DNA of 64,000 bases, from assembly GCF_009914755.1 (NCBI RefSeq), contig NC_060945.1. The stretch is one strand, 5' to 3'. Positions 42,736-55,683 of the stretch are shown in pieces. Each line of letters opens with the position of its first letter. The first letter of the stretch is position 1. This stretch comes from the human T2T-CHM13v2.0 reference genome, Homo sapiens. The position numbers and the translations under genes are program-made. The notes below the pieces were generated by a model that was given only the letters and a program-made list of their open reading frames with translations, searched no databases and was not told the origin of the DNA.

Positions 42736-43057
42736 ATATGAGAAAAATATCACTTCTGGGGAGTGATACTGGGGTTCCAAGGTGGTCCTGTCTTCTGCTT
42801 GAATCTTAAATTGTATTATTTTAGTAAAGATGATGATAAAAATAAAAAAAATACGCTCTGTCAATCTGAGCTGCCTCTTCCTTCCCCATTTGGCGTTTGG
42901 TGTTATCACTTCCTGAGCAGCTGGGACAAGGGTCTCTTGCTACCCTTTGCATCCTGAATTTTATTTCTTTGCTCTCTGAGCCTGCCTTTCTGGCCATGAG
43001 CCCCCTGAAGTCCCTGCTGTGTTCCCTTCTTGTTTATTGATTTGTGTTACCAAAAGG

Positions 43058-43481
43058 ATGTGACTTTATTTGGAAATAAGGCATTTGCAGAAGTGATCAA
43101 ATTAAGATGAGTTCGGACTAGATTAAGGAGTGTCTTAATCCAATGACTGGTGTACTTATGAGAAGAGGTAAATTTGGACACAGAGAAAGGCACAGAGGGA
43201 TGATAATGTGAAGACACACAGGCAGATGTGTGGTGTGTGATGACAGTGGCAGAGCTGCAGTGATGCGTCTGCAAGCCAAGGAATGCCAAGGATCTCTGTC
43301 AACCACGAGGAGTCGGAAGAGGCCAGGAAGGACACTCCCCTAGAGCCTTCAGCGACAGCATGACCCTGTTGACATCTGAATTACAAACTTCTGGCCTCCA
43401 GACCTGCAAGTGAATAAATTTCTGTTGTTTTAAGTGCCCACTTTGTGATAGTTTGTTGCAGTCACCCTAGGAAACTAATAT
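43058..43481 (+). mobile_element. MLT1C-like solo LTR
   Basis: atgtgactttatttggaaataagg...caagccaaggaatgccaagg...ctaggaaactaata. Confidence 0.83.
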
Positions 43482-43764
43482 AGCGTTCTAACATGAAATC
43501 TGGCACACGGAAGCCCAAACATGTTTGTTGAGTGAATTACTCTTCTGCTTCTATGTGATCTGTGATGGCTGACATGGAAAGAAGCCCCAGCAACTGGCTG
43601 ATAAAAAATGGAATAGTTAGTTCCTGCTTTTACAAGTGAGAACTTCAGCAAGAGATGAAGTTGTTTACCCCAGGTAGATAGCGGATGGGGACTGAGGATT
43701 TACTTCAGATATTTCAACTCTGAGTTAATGAAAGGAGATAGGAAAGAGAAATGAGCCTCTTCGA

Positions 43765-43980
43765 GAGCCTACTATGAGTCAGGCACTGTGTATGTGGTAT
43801 AATTTATTTCTCTCAAGGACCCTATGTTATGAGCATTCTTATCCACATTTCTGCAAAATAGACAATTGGCATGAAAACAGAGATGGGCCTCTGGACCTTG
43901 GATGTCCAAGGTCACGTAGTAAATAGCAAAGCCAGAATTCCCCCCTCCCCGGGTCTTTATGATTGTAAGGTCTTCCTCCC
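43765..43980. mobile_element. MIR
   Basis: gagcctactatgagtcaggcactgtg...gtccaaggtcac. Confidence 0.6.
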
Positions 43981-44903
43981 CTTGATCATGCTGAGGAGAT
44001 TTATTGATCAGACAGCTTTCAAATATCAGGAGGACGTTTCAAGTTTATTTGGCAAGTGATCAGGATCTACTTACCTTACAAACTCAAGTTGTGAATGAAA
44101 AATTCATTATCTCCATTTTCTAGTCATTAACTATACAATCCTGATCTAAATTCACAAATATAAACATTTTCTGTGATCAATAGAACAACGATAATATTTT
44201 AATGTGTGCAGTGTATTTTTGCTCTTTTGAGAGTAATAAATTGCTGAGATGAGTAATATAACCAATAAATGAAACATAAAAATAACTAAACCTTAAACTT
44301 AACTAAGGAATTTTTTGCATTCAGTTTTTTTCAGTGAAGTGACTGATAAACCTTCTGTAAAGGCATATAAAATTCTTACAGATTATATTGTTTTATTATT
44401 TTGGGAGTAGTAAATGGGAATAACTTTCAATAGGATATGCAAACCATTTTCTTTCTCAGCATCATTTATTTTAAAAATTTTGTAACAATTTAGAAAGGTT
44501 GTTTTTCAATTTCTTTCTCCATTTTCTCAGGAAATTGCTATGAAGATTGGCTTATTTTTAAGTTGCTAACCTATTTGAGCATTTGGGGAAAGCTTTCAAC
44601 AGCTAATGACCTACACTTACCCCATATGTCGGGAACATTGAGTGTAGTTAGCTAATGTTATATAATCTTTGCAAAAATTATTTTCATTAGAGTAATTACT
44701 GCTATGGTTGGGAATGAGTTATTCCATTTTTCCATGGTTTTGAGAAATATGAACAGAAAAGTACAAGCTATAATTAAATCAAACCATTAAAAAGAAATGT
44801 AATGGTTTAGCCCTGGAGTGAGTTTCTAAAATGTAAAAGTCACGTATTTCCTGAAATTCAAAGATGGTGAGAGATTCAATGTCCATTGTCATATTTAAGA
44901 ACA

Positions 44904-45227
44904 CAGTCATGTGTCGCATAACAACGTTTCTGTCATTGACGATGGACGACAGTGGTCCCGTAAGATTATAATACCACATTTTTATCGTCTTTTTTCTATG
45001 TTTAGATTTGTTTAGACACACAAATACCATTGTGTTCCAATTTCCTACAGTAGTTAGCGCAGTAACATGCTACACAGGCTTGTGGCCTAGGAGCAACAGG
45101 CTGGACCATGTAGCCTAGGTGAGTAGCAGGCTATGCCATCTAGGTTTGTGGTATCTATCTAAACATATCATCTAGCAATTTGAACTCTCTCTGAATGTAT
45201 CCCTGTTCCTAATCAATGCATAATCTT
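44904..45227. mobile_element. Tigger3a (TcMar-Tigger) MITE
   Basis: cagtcatgtgtcgcataacaacgtttc...gtggtcccgtaagattataatacc...gcctaggagcaacaggct. Confidence 0.8.
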
Positions 45228-46317
45228 ATACCCATTTCATGGCTTTGCTCCACAGGCCCAGAGCTCTGTTGGGAGACATGGTTGTGCCTTGGAGCCTCCC
45301 TTAGGACTGACAAGTAGATGTGGCAGTAGCCTGCACCTCCATGTACTGCCAGGGTCTGGGAACCAACCAGGCATCCAGGGTTCAGATAGGGGGCGAGCAT
45401 GTCCTGGTGTGACATGCAGGGAAAGTTGGCAGAGGATATGTCCTGGGTGCTACCAGCCACTTATGGCCAATTGTGACCCTCTCTTCTAGAAAAATATTTC
45501 CTCTGCAGAATTCAAGGTAGCCACACCTCTACTATAGGATAAGATTAGCATTAATTGCTTAAATTATTCTATGAATTTAATAATAAACAGCAACCTGTTA
45601 GTGTGATAACCCCCAAATACATTTTAACAGAATACCTAACGAAATCCGTGGAATTTGTCCTGTTGTAGGGCATACGAGCAAGGTGTTAAAAGTGTCAATC
45701 ATAACATTGTGCATGATCTCAAATGGGCTGATTATTTTGGTCCTGGGCTATCAAGTTAGCTTTGCCATATTATTCTGAGAAATGGAGCTAAAGAACCATA
45801 ATCTGCCTTAAATAAAAGTCACAGGCAAGAATAACACTAAAAGTTAGATGGCCTGTTGAAAACTTGAATGGAAAACGTTAGCAAACATCCTACCACCTCC
45901 TCTCAGAAATGCACAAAGATACATGAATCATCCACTTGATGAAGTTATGCCTGGCCTTGAGTGCACTTTAAAAAAGATAGCAGCTAATCCAATAATAACG
46001 CTATTGACTTTTCCTTGTGTTAAAAATCAAATTTAATAATGTTCTGCTTTAGGCCCTAGATATCTAAGATGTTAGAACAGAAAGATTCATTTTCAAGGGC
46101 TAAGATTATTCCATTCTCCGGTCTTATGGACTGATATTGGAGGCATGAACACCCAGAGACAGAAGCCACTCATCCCTGGGACAAAAGAGTCACATACAAA
46201 GGGGCATTGGCTCTGCAAGACTTCAAGCTTCTTTATTCTCTTGGGCTAGCTCTCCCAGAGAGAAGGTCTTGATTTCCTTTCTCTCTCTCTCTTCTTTGTT
46301 AGTCTTTCTCCCCTTTT

Positions 46318-46989
46318 AACAGGTGCTAGAGAGGATGTGGAGAAATAGAAACACTTTTACACTGTTGGTGGGACTGTAAACTAGTTCAACCATTGTGGAA
46401 GCCAGTGTGGCGATTCCTCAGGGATCTGAGAAAACTAGAAATACTATTTGACCCAGCCATCCCATTACTGGGTATATACCCAAAGGATTATACATCATGC
46501 TGCTATAAAGACACATGCACACATATGTTTATTGCGGCACTATTCACAATAGCAAAGGCTTGGAACCAACCCAAATGTCCAACAACGATAGACTGGATTA
46601 AGAAAATGTGGCACATATACCCCATGGAATACTATGCAGCCATAAAAAATGATGAGTTCATGTCCTTTGTAGGGACATGGATGAAACTGGAAACCATCAT
46701 TCTCAGCAAACTATCGCAAGGACAAAAAACCAAACACCGCATGTTCTCACTCATAGGTGGGAATTGAACAATGAGAACACATGGACACAGGAAGGGGAAC
46801 ATCACACTCCGGGGCCTGTTGTGGGGTGGGGAGAGGGGGGAGGGATAGCATTAGGAGATATACCTAATGCTAAATGACGAGTTAATGGGTGCAGCACACC
46901 AACATGGCACATGTATACATATGTAACTAACCTGCACATTGTGCACATGTACCCTAAAACTTAAAGTATAATAATAATAAAATAAAAAA
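46318..46989 (+). mobile_element. L1PA3-like 3' end (ORF2 C-terminus, 3' UTR, tail)
   Basis: ORF 46393-46767 ends at the natural ORF2p terminus ...HRMFSLIGGN*; the 3' UTR is close to the young L1PA consensus. Confidence 0.95.
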
Positions 46990-47009
46990 GATATTATTAT
47001 TCTTAGAAA

Positions 47010-48180
47010 GGAAATTTGCTGTAATTTTTTCTGATTAAAAAGATGATGTAAGCTTGTTTGGAAAACTCAAGCAATATAGAAAAAATATAAAAAGTAAAAA
47101 TCTCAGTATCTGGGATTTGGGCTATTCATCATCTCCATTTTCTCCTCCTGTGGGGACACAATTATACTGGTATCTCAGCCTCCCTTGTAGTAGGTAGACA
47201 TGAGCATGGTATGTGTGCTGCTTCTGGGCCTGATTCATTTGTAGCCTTCCTTGCGATACTGCATAGTCTTTCTCTCTGCCATGTCAGACTGTCATGGACA
47301 GGTCCCCCAGAGTGACCTGGGGATCCACACCCTGGAGATGGTAAAGCACAAAGTGGCAGAAGCCTGAATTTCCTTTCCAACCCACCACCCCTGTCACTGG
47401 ACTTTATGTGAGTGAGAAATAGGCTTCCATTGTATTGGATCATTACATATCTGTGTTTATTTTTCAATGCAGCATAGCCTATCCTACCTAACTAGTAAAA
47501 TATCTTACCACCAGAAATAACAATGTAACATTTTAGTGAGAGTCATTCCAGATTATAAACAACACCTGTGTGCATGCACACACACACACAAACACACAAA
47601 ATTTTTTCAAGTAGGATCATATTATACATAACACCCTTTTCACTTAACTATATCTGGTGCAAATCTTTCCATATATTGTGTCCATATCACCCTTACAAAT
47701 GACTTCATGCTATTCCATTGAATGATTATACCATAATTAAATAAATTAATTTTTCATTGATGGAAATTTAGTCAGTTTCCAACAAACTTGGAATGAGCAA
47801 CCTTGCATACATCCCTTGGTGCAACTGGTCAATTACAGCTTTAGGAGGCAGGGCTAGAAGGGGATTGTAAGGGCAAGAGCAAGGTTTGATCCACATTGCC
47901 AAGCTGCTCTCCAAAAAGATGAGGATAATCTACTTGTCAATGAACAGTCAATAAAATGTACCTGTTTTTGCCACCGTTACCCACCTGGTGTTGTCAAGGT
48001 ATAGAATCTTGGCCCATTTAACAGGACCATTTAAATATGAGCTTATAGCAGTGATTTCACTTGTATTTCTTCTTTGGCTTTTGATATTGACGTTCTTTTC
48101 ATGTGTCTATTGACCCTTGATCATTTGTGCTTCCTCTTTTGTGAGTGATTTGTTTGAATATTTTGCCAGTTTTTCTACTG
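47010..48180 (-). mobile_element. Old L1ME-type fragments split by an MLT1 LTR
   Basis: tattccattgaatgattataccataat...attgatggaaatttag...ttgccaagctgctctccaaaaag. Confidence 0.55.
47107..47493 (+). mobile_element. MLT1J-like LTR
   Basis: gcctcccttgtagtaggtagacatg...actggactttatgtgagtgagaaatag...gcagcatagccta. Confidence 0.6.
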
Positions 48181-48185
48181 GGTGT

Positions 48186-49066
48186 GTGATACTGTGATTT
48201 ATAATAAGATATACATATTGTATTTAGCCTTTATTGCTGGTTCCTGGCACAGAGCTCCTTAAACTCTTGTAATTTCCTGAGCAATAGCGGTGCTAAGGTG
48301 CATCTTTTGTTCTAATATTTGGTCTTTGACTATAGTTCCTGACATAGAGTTCCTAATCCTTGTAATTTCCCGTAATTTTATTTTAATGAGGCAACTCTTG
48401 GTGGATTCCTGGATGGGAACTGATCATCAGAGAGATCAAACCATGATTAAAAGCTTGGAACTTTCAGCCCTAACCCATCCATCCTCCGGGAAGAGGAGAG
48501 AGGCTGGAGATTGAGTTAATAATCAATCATGCCTCCATTATGAAGCCTCCATAAAATTTCTTGAACTCCAGGGTTCAGGGAGCTTCTGGGTTGGTGAACA
48601 AGAACACATCCCATGCCAGGAGGCTGGTGCACCCCAACTCCATGGGGATAGGAACCCCTGCTCTCAGACCTTTCTACCCTTTACCCTGTGCATCTCCTCA
48701 TCTGTATCTTTTATAATATCCTTTATAACAAGCTGGTAAATATAAGTAGTGTTTTCCTGAGGACTGTGAGCCATTCCAGCAAATTATTGAACTGGAGAGA
48801 ATCAGAAGAACCCCAGGTTTATAGCCAGTCAGAGGTATGGGAGGATGTCCAGGACTTGTGATTGGCATCAAAAGTGGGGGCAGTCTTGAGGGGCTGATGC
48901 CTTAACTTGTGGGAGCTGACATTAACTCCAGGTAGATATGTCAGAATTGCATTAAATTGCAGGATGCTGAGCTGGTGTCAGAGAATTGGTGGATGTGGGA
49001 AAGAGCCTGCACATCTGGTGTCAGAAGTGTTCTGTTTGAGAATGGAGATAAACAGTGCTTTTCCAG
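48186..49066 (+). mobile_element. MER21B-like solo LTR
   Basis: tgtgatactgtgatttataataag...ggttcctggcacagagctcc...gcacatctggtgtcagaagtg. Confidence 0.8.
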
Positions 49067-49903
49067 AGGGAGTTTGTCTTGTTCATACTAATTAGCTAGA
49101 GCTTGTCCTCCCCACTTCAAATTTGTGAATTTTTTTTTTTACCAGTGGAATATGCCATAAAACTGACATAACTACCAAGCTCTAGAATTTAAATGATCTT
49201 GGAGGGCTTAAGGGAGCTTCTTTTCAACCTCAGACATACCAGAAAGCAACGAATTCTGCAGCAGTTTTCTGGTTAATATGGCAATGCAGACCTAGGGAAT
49301 ATGGAGAGGTGGTTATGCAATGAAAGGGGAGACATGGGAAACACACCAGAAGACATAACATTGGAAAAACATTTGGCAAACATAAAGCCATCCCAAAAAG
49401 ATAAGTTGCAACACTGCCAGTTGGGCAAGATGATTAAATGGCAGAAATATTTATATTGTTTAGGTAGAAAGAAGGGAATAGTCTCAGACATGGAATAGCT
49501 AAACTACTGAAAGAATTTAGACCATTTGGGGTCCTTCTGACCCCCGTGAAATTGGAAACCATGTAAATTAGATTATTAATTACAAATAAAAATGCTCTGG
49601 TTATACCACACTTTCTGAGGAAATCATAAGTCCTGTTACCCTAGCGTTTGGGGACTCCTCTTGGCTAAAATCACTCCCTTGGCCCCATCACCAGCTGCAG
49701 TGATTCAGGGGAGTCCCACCTGGTTGTTCCTCTTAGAGCTGAAAGTGCTGAGGAAGGCAAGGAATTCTTGAGTCCTAGAGAGTCCCTATTTTCTAGAAAA
49801 TGGTAGCTGAGAAAAGAAAAGTGGCCATCTAATCTGGCACTAGAACTGGGAATTTAACCAAAGGGTCATCTTACTCTGTCATTAAGAAATGGGTGTGAAG
49901 ACA

Positions 49904-52876
49904 CATTAAAAAAAGAAAACTACACACCAAAATCTCTGATGAATATTGATGCAAAAATCCTCAACAAAACACTAGTTAACTGTATTCAACAACACATTAA
50001 AAAGATCACTCATCATGACCAAGTGGGATTTATCCCTGGCATGCAAGGATGGTTCAACATACGCAAATCAATCAATGTGATACATCATATCAACAGAATG
50101 AGGGACAAAACCATATAATCATGTCAATTGAGGCTGAGAAAAAATTTGATAAAATTCAACATTCCTTCATGATAAAAACCCTTAAAAACTGAGTATAGAA
50201 GAAATATACCTAGACATAATAAAAGCCATATATAATAAAACCACAGCTAGTATCATACTGAATGAAGAAAAACTGAAAGCCTTTCCTCTAAGATCCGGAA
50301 CAAGACAAGGATGCCCACTTTCACCAATTTTATTCTACATAGTACTGGAAGTCCTAGCTACAGCCGTCAGACAAGAGAAAGAAGTAAAGGGCATCCAAAT
50401 TGGTAAGGAAGAAGTCAAATTGTCCTTGTTTGCAGATGATATGGTATTACATTGGGAAAAATCTACAGGCTCCACCAAAAAGTTATTAGAATTGATAAAC
50501 AAATGCAGTAAAGGTTCAGGATACAAAATCAATATACAAGAATGAGTAGCATTTCTACATGGCAACAGTGAATAATCTAAAAAAGAAATCAAGAAAGTAA
50601 TCCCAATTACAATAGCCACATATAAAATTAAATTACCTAGGAAATAAAGAAGTGAAAATCTCTATAATGAAAACTATAAAACATTGATGAAAGAAATTGA
50701 ACTGGACACCACAAAATGGAAATGTATTCCATGTTCATGGATTGGAAGAATCAATGTTGTTAAAATGTCGATACTACCCAAAGCAATCTACAGATTCAAT
50801 GTATTCCCTATCAAAATACCAATGACATTCTTCACAGAAATAAAAAAAAATTCTAAAATGTATGTGGAACCAGAAGAAACCCAGAAAAGCCAAAGCTATC
50901 CTAAGCAAAAGAACAAAACTGGAGGAATCACATTACTTGACTTCAAATTATAACACAGAGCTACAGTAACAAAAACAACAGGGTACTGGCATAAAAATAG
51001 ACACATAGATCAATGGAACAGAATAGAGAGCCCAGAAGCAAATCCATACACCTGCATGAACTCGTTTTCAACAAAGTTGCTGATAACATACACTGGGGAA
51101 AAGACAGTCTCTTCAATACATGATTCTGGGAAAACTGGATATCCATATGCAGAAGAATGAAACTGGACTCCTATCTCTCACCATATACAAACATCAAATC
51201 AAAATGTATTAAAGACTTAAACCTAAGACCTCAAGCTATAAAACTACCACAGGAAAACACTGAGGAAAATCTCCAGAACATTGGTCTGTGCAAAAATTTC
51301 TTGAGTAATACCCTACAAGCATGGGCAACCAAAACAAAAATGGACAAATGGGATCATATCAAGTTAAAAAGCTTTTGCACAATGAAGGAAACAATCAACA
51401 AAGTGAAGAGACAACAACCCACAGAATAGGAGAAAATATGTGAAAACTACCCATCTGACAAGGGATTAAAAACCAGAATATGTAAGGAGCTCAAACAATT
51501 CTATAGGAAAACAAATCTAATAATCCGATCAAAAAATAGGCAAAAGATTTGAATAGACATTTCTCAAAAGGAGATATACAAATGTCCAACAGGCATATGA
51601 AAAGATGCTCAACATCATTGATCATCAAATAAATGCATATCACAACTATAATGAGATATCATTTCACCCCATTTAAAATAGCTTATATCCAAAAGACAGG
51701 CAATAACAAATAAAATAGCTTATATCCAAAAAGACAGGCGAGGATGTGAAGAAAAGGGAGCCCTTGTATGCTGTTGGTGAGAATGCAAATTAGTACAACC
51801 ACTATGGAGAACAGTTTGGAGGTTCCTTAAAAAACTAAAAATTGGGCTACCATATGATCCAGCAATCCCACTGCTGGGTATATATCCAAAAGAAAGGAAA
51901 TCAGTATACTGAAGTGATACCTGAAGTGATCAATGTTTGTTACAACACTGTTCACAATAGCCAAAATTTGGAAACAACCTAAATGTCTATCAACAGATGA
52001 ATGGATATAGAAAATGTGGTATACGTACACAATGGAATACTATTCAGCCATAAAAAGAATGAGATCGGCCAAGCGTGGCAACTCACGCCTGTAATCTCAG
52101 CACTTTGGGAGGCCAAGGCGGGTGGATCACAAAGTCAAGAGATCGAGGCCATCCTGGCTAACACGGTGAAACGCTGTCTCCACTAAAAATATAAAAAATT
52201 AGCCAGGCGTGGTGGCGGGTGCCTGTAGTCCCAGCTACTGGGGAGGCTGAGGCAGGAGAATGCTGTGAACCCAGGAGGCGGAGCTTGCAGTCAGCCGAGA
52301 TGTGCCACTGCACTCCAGCCTGGGTGACAGAGCGAGACTCTGTCTCAAAAAAAAAAAAAAAAAAAAGAACGAGAATTTTTCCATGGATGGAAAAATTCCG
52401 TCCATGTTTGCAACAACATGGAAGGAATTGCAGGTCATTATGCTAAGTGAAATAAGCCAGGCACAGAAAGATAAACATCGCATGTTCTCACTTATTTTTG
52501 GGATCTTAACATCAAAACAATTGATCTCATGGAGATAGAGAGTAGGATGCTTACCAGAGACTGGGGAGGGTAGTGGGAGGCTGGGGGGAGATGGGGATGG
52601 TTAATAGGTACAAAAAATAATTAGAAAGAATGAATAAGAACTAGTATTTTATAGCACAACAGGGTGACTATAGTCAATAATAATTGAATTGTACCTTTTA
52701 AAACAACTAAAAGAGCATTGCTGGATTGTTGTAACATAAAGGATAAATGCTTGAGAGGATGGATACCTCATTCTCTATGATGTGATTATTATGCATTGCA
52801 TGCCTGTGTCAAAACATCTCATGTGCCTCATAAATACATATACCCACTATGTACCCACGAAAATTAAAAATAAAAG
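49904..52876 (+). mobile_element. 5'-truncated L1MA1/2-like element, ~3 kb, with decayed ORF2
   Basis: ORF2 remnants ([25 protein letters not shown]; [11 protein letters not shown]), an L1MA 3' UTR and tail; interrupted by an Alu. Confidence 0.92.
52067..52366 (+). mobile_element. AluY/Sc8-like, CpG-decayed, nested in L1MA
   Basis: gatcgaggccatcctggctaacacggtgaaac, gcggagcttgcagt; TSD aaaaagaa(t/c)gaga at 52052-52064 and 52362-52374. Confidence 0.92.
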
Positions 52877-54439
52877 ATGGAAAGCCTTGGGGAGGGGGAG
52901 AAGAATGGGTGTGACCATTGGAGTGGTGATGGCTCTGTGCAGTGTAATCACCAGACTTTGTCAGTGTCAGTCCCACAAGTGACTCGGGGCAGGTAGCAGG
53001 GCTGAGCCCCCATAGTGGGGTTCTGGGGACTTGGTCCTCCACGGAAGTCCTGAAAACTTGGTGCTCCAGGGAGATCATCTAATCCAGTCCACTTGGCCTT
53101 AGACAAGGTGGTCTATGGAACAGCTCTGGTGGAGCAGAGAGAACCCCTCTGAGTATGTCAGGTGAGTATGATGAAGGCTCAGACTCGAAGGAGCAGGGAT
53201 CTCACAGTTTTCTACAGCTGTTTCCCTTTGGGAGGCTGATAAAAGCTTTGAGCCCTTGGCTTTAGCCCCCATATGTGAATAAACATGAGTGTACCCAGGA
53301 CATTTCAGGTGTTCACCGAGGCCAGATGTACGTCCCTGCGCATGACACGGCAGGCAGTGACGCGACTGCAACAAGCGCTAAGAGTGCATCTTCTGAAGCA
53401 GACAGTAGAGGGGCAGGGTGTCTTGGTGAATACAGGCTCTGCTCCCTGAACACCCATTTTTAGTTTCCTCATTTGAGGTGGCCACAGGAAAGGGTGTTGG
53501 CCATGCTGGCCTCTGAAGGGAACAAAGCTCTGATGCAGGGGCCGAGACCAGAGCAGTGTCAGCGGCATCCCTGTTCTGGAAGGTCTCAGAGGAGTACCCA
53601 GGACTGGGGAGTCCAATGCCTGCCGCCTTTTCTGGAGCACTTTATTGACCTTTGGCTGTGTGCCACGCTCTGTGGTAGGTGCTGCAGGGACCAAGCATAG
53701 GTAAGGGTTCTGTGTTTTTGGAGGACCGGTTTACATTCCTGATGTTCAACTCGAAAATCCCTAGTAGGGCATCTGGGAGAAGCTATTGCAAGGGCTTGGG
53801 GTTGCTTCTATGCTCTAGATATTGCCTGCAGATAAAATAAATCATTTCTCAGTTCATGTCTGTGTTGCAGTTATTACACGTGAGTACATGCTGCTGTGAT
53901 AACAGATCACACATTTACAAACGAACTGACTTTTACTTTTTGTCATTATGTATTTTCTCTCCTCCTCGCCCAATCTTTTGTGTAAGTCTGTGACCTGTCT
54001 GAGGTTATAACATCATCCTGATGCTGGAAAAGGTTGGGCATTGGCCTAGATTTTTGCTGGGCTGGGTCAGGGCGATTGGCGGAGGGGGCACCTCTGTGGC
54101 TATAGCAGTGAAACCTGCTTACGGTGGATTTCTTGGCAGAGAAGGAACATAGAGACGTGCCGCCTCTGCTGAGTGTGGATGGTGGGGATGCATGCAGGTT
54201 TGGGGTTAGATGTGATTGTGCAGTTGGTCCTAGCCCTACTTGAGGGTAGCTGGTGGGCCTTCCCATCCTGCTTCTCTTAGGCCGGTCCATAGAGAAGCAA
54301 GCCCCCCGTCCCCTATCCAGCCTAACTCAGACAACTGCCCTGAATCCAAGAGATAATGCTCTGACCCTGGCCACATTTGCTCCTACAAGCTGTCCCCTTT
54401 CTGGGAGTTTCTCTTGCCATGTTTTTGGATCCTTGATGA

Positions 54440-54985
54440 TTGTTTCAGAGCCTGAATGCATGAGTTCAAATTCCAGTCCCCTCCCATTGTAGCTGGATAG
54501 CTGTGGGCAAGTTATTTTACTTCTCTGTGTCTCTGTTTTCTCATCTGAAGGTCTATTAGCACCAACCTCACGGAACTGTTGTCAAGGTTAAACCTGGTAA
54601 TACACACAAAGCTCTTAGAACAAAAATGGCTCTTAGAATCACGGCGAGGTGCTACAGCATGGAGGTTAGGTAACTGGGTTTGCAGCCAGGTGGCCTGGGT
54701 TTGAATCCTGATTGTTCCTTCCTAGCTGGGTGCTCTTGAACAAGTTTCTTAACCTCTCTGTGCTCCTCCTGCACAGCACAAGGAGAATAACAGTATTCAT
54801 CATAGAGGATTATTGCAAAGAATTAATGAAAATGGTTAGAAAGGCCCCTGATGCATACTAAGTGCTATGCAAATACTGACATATTAATTTTGTTTTACAA
54901 ATGAGGAAACAGAGAGGTTAAGAAACTTTCCTGAAGTCACACAGAAGTCACAAAGCTAATGAATGGTAGTGTTGAGACTGTGAGG
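54440..54985. mobile_element. Cluster of about 3 MIR fragments
   Basis: gggcaagttattttacttctctgtg; cctgggtttgaatcctg; ttttacaaatgaggaaacagagagg. Confidence 0.75.
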
Positions 54986-55318
54986 AGGTTAGATCCCTGA
55001 ATAAAAGGGGAGACATTTCCCCATTTCTCCAAAGTATTTTCCTTGCTCTGAGAGACAGAGGGGGTATTCTCAGGTTCACCTTAGCCTGTGCATGACCCTT
55101 TGCAAGTCAGCTGACAACAGCACCCTCATCCTGGTTCAGAAATAACCGCATGGGATTGCTGTTGTTGCCGTTGTTTTGGTCTGATATGATTTGCTGATGC
55201 ACACTGACAGTTACTCTGGGAGGTGATTCCACTGTCTCCCTGGCTCACTTGGGAGGGTTCTGGCTTTTTAGCTTTGCCTCAGGTCTGACCCACACAGGTA
55301 CAACAGAGTGGGTACAAC

Positions 55319-55431
55319 AGAACTCTTTTTGTATCATTATAATTGTCTGAATATCATTAACAGTTTTCCAAATTATTTGGTGTCATTCGCACTAGACAAA
55401 CTGGATATTGGCCTTGGGTAGTTATTGCTTT
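55319..55431 (+). repeat. 113-nt direct repeat, copy 1
   Basis: Differs from 56462-56573 by 7 substitutions and 1 indel. Confidence 0.95.
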
Positions 55432-55640
55432 TCAGAAGCCCCATCTGCCTCGTACCCAGAATGCACATGAAGATGGCATTCTCTTCATTCTCAGCAAACC
55501 ACAATTCAAACACTACAGATGCTTAAAAATACTTTCTCTGCCCCCAAACATTCCCCAGTCTTGTCCTTATTTCCCAAACCCTAGGAACCCCTTTCATGTG
55601 TCTTACATTTCTTGCTATATATAGCCAATTGGCTTAAAAG

Positions 55641-55652
55641 TGCGTGTGTGTG

Positions 55653-55683
<31 letters not shown>
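55641..55683 (+). repeat. (TG)n microsatellite
   Basis: Alternating purine-pyrimidine run of about 43 nt. Confidence 0.95.
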
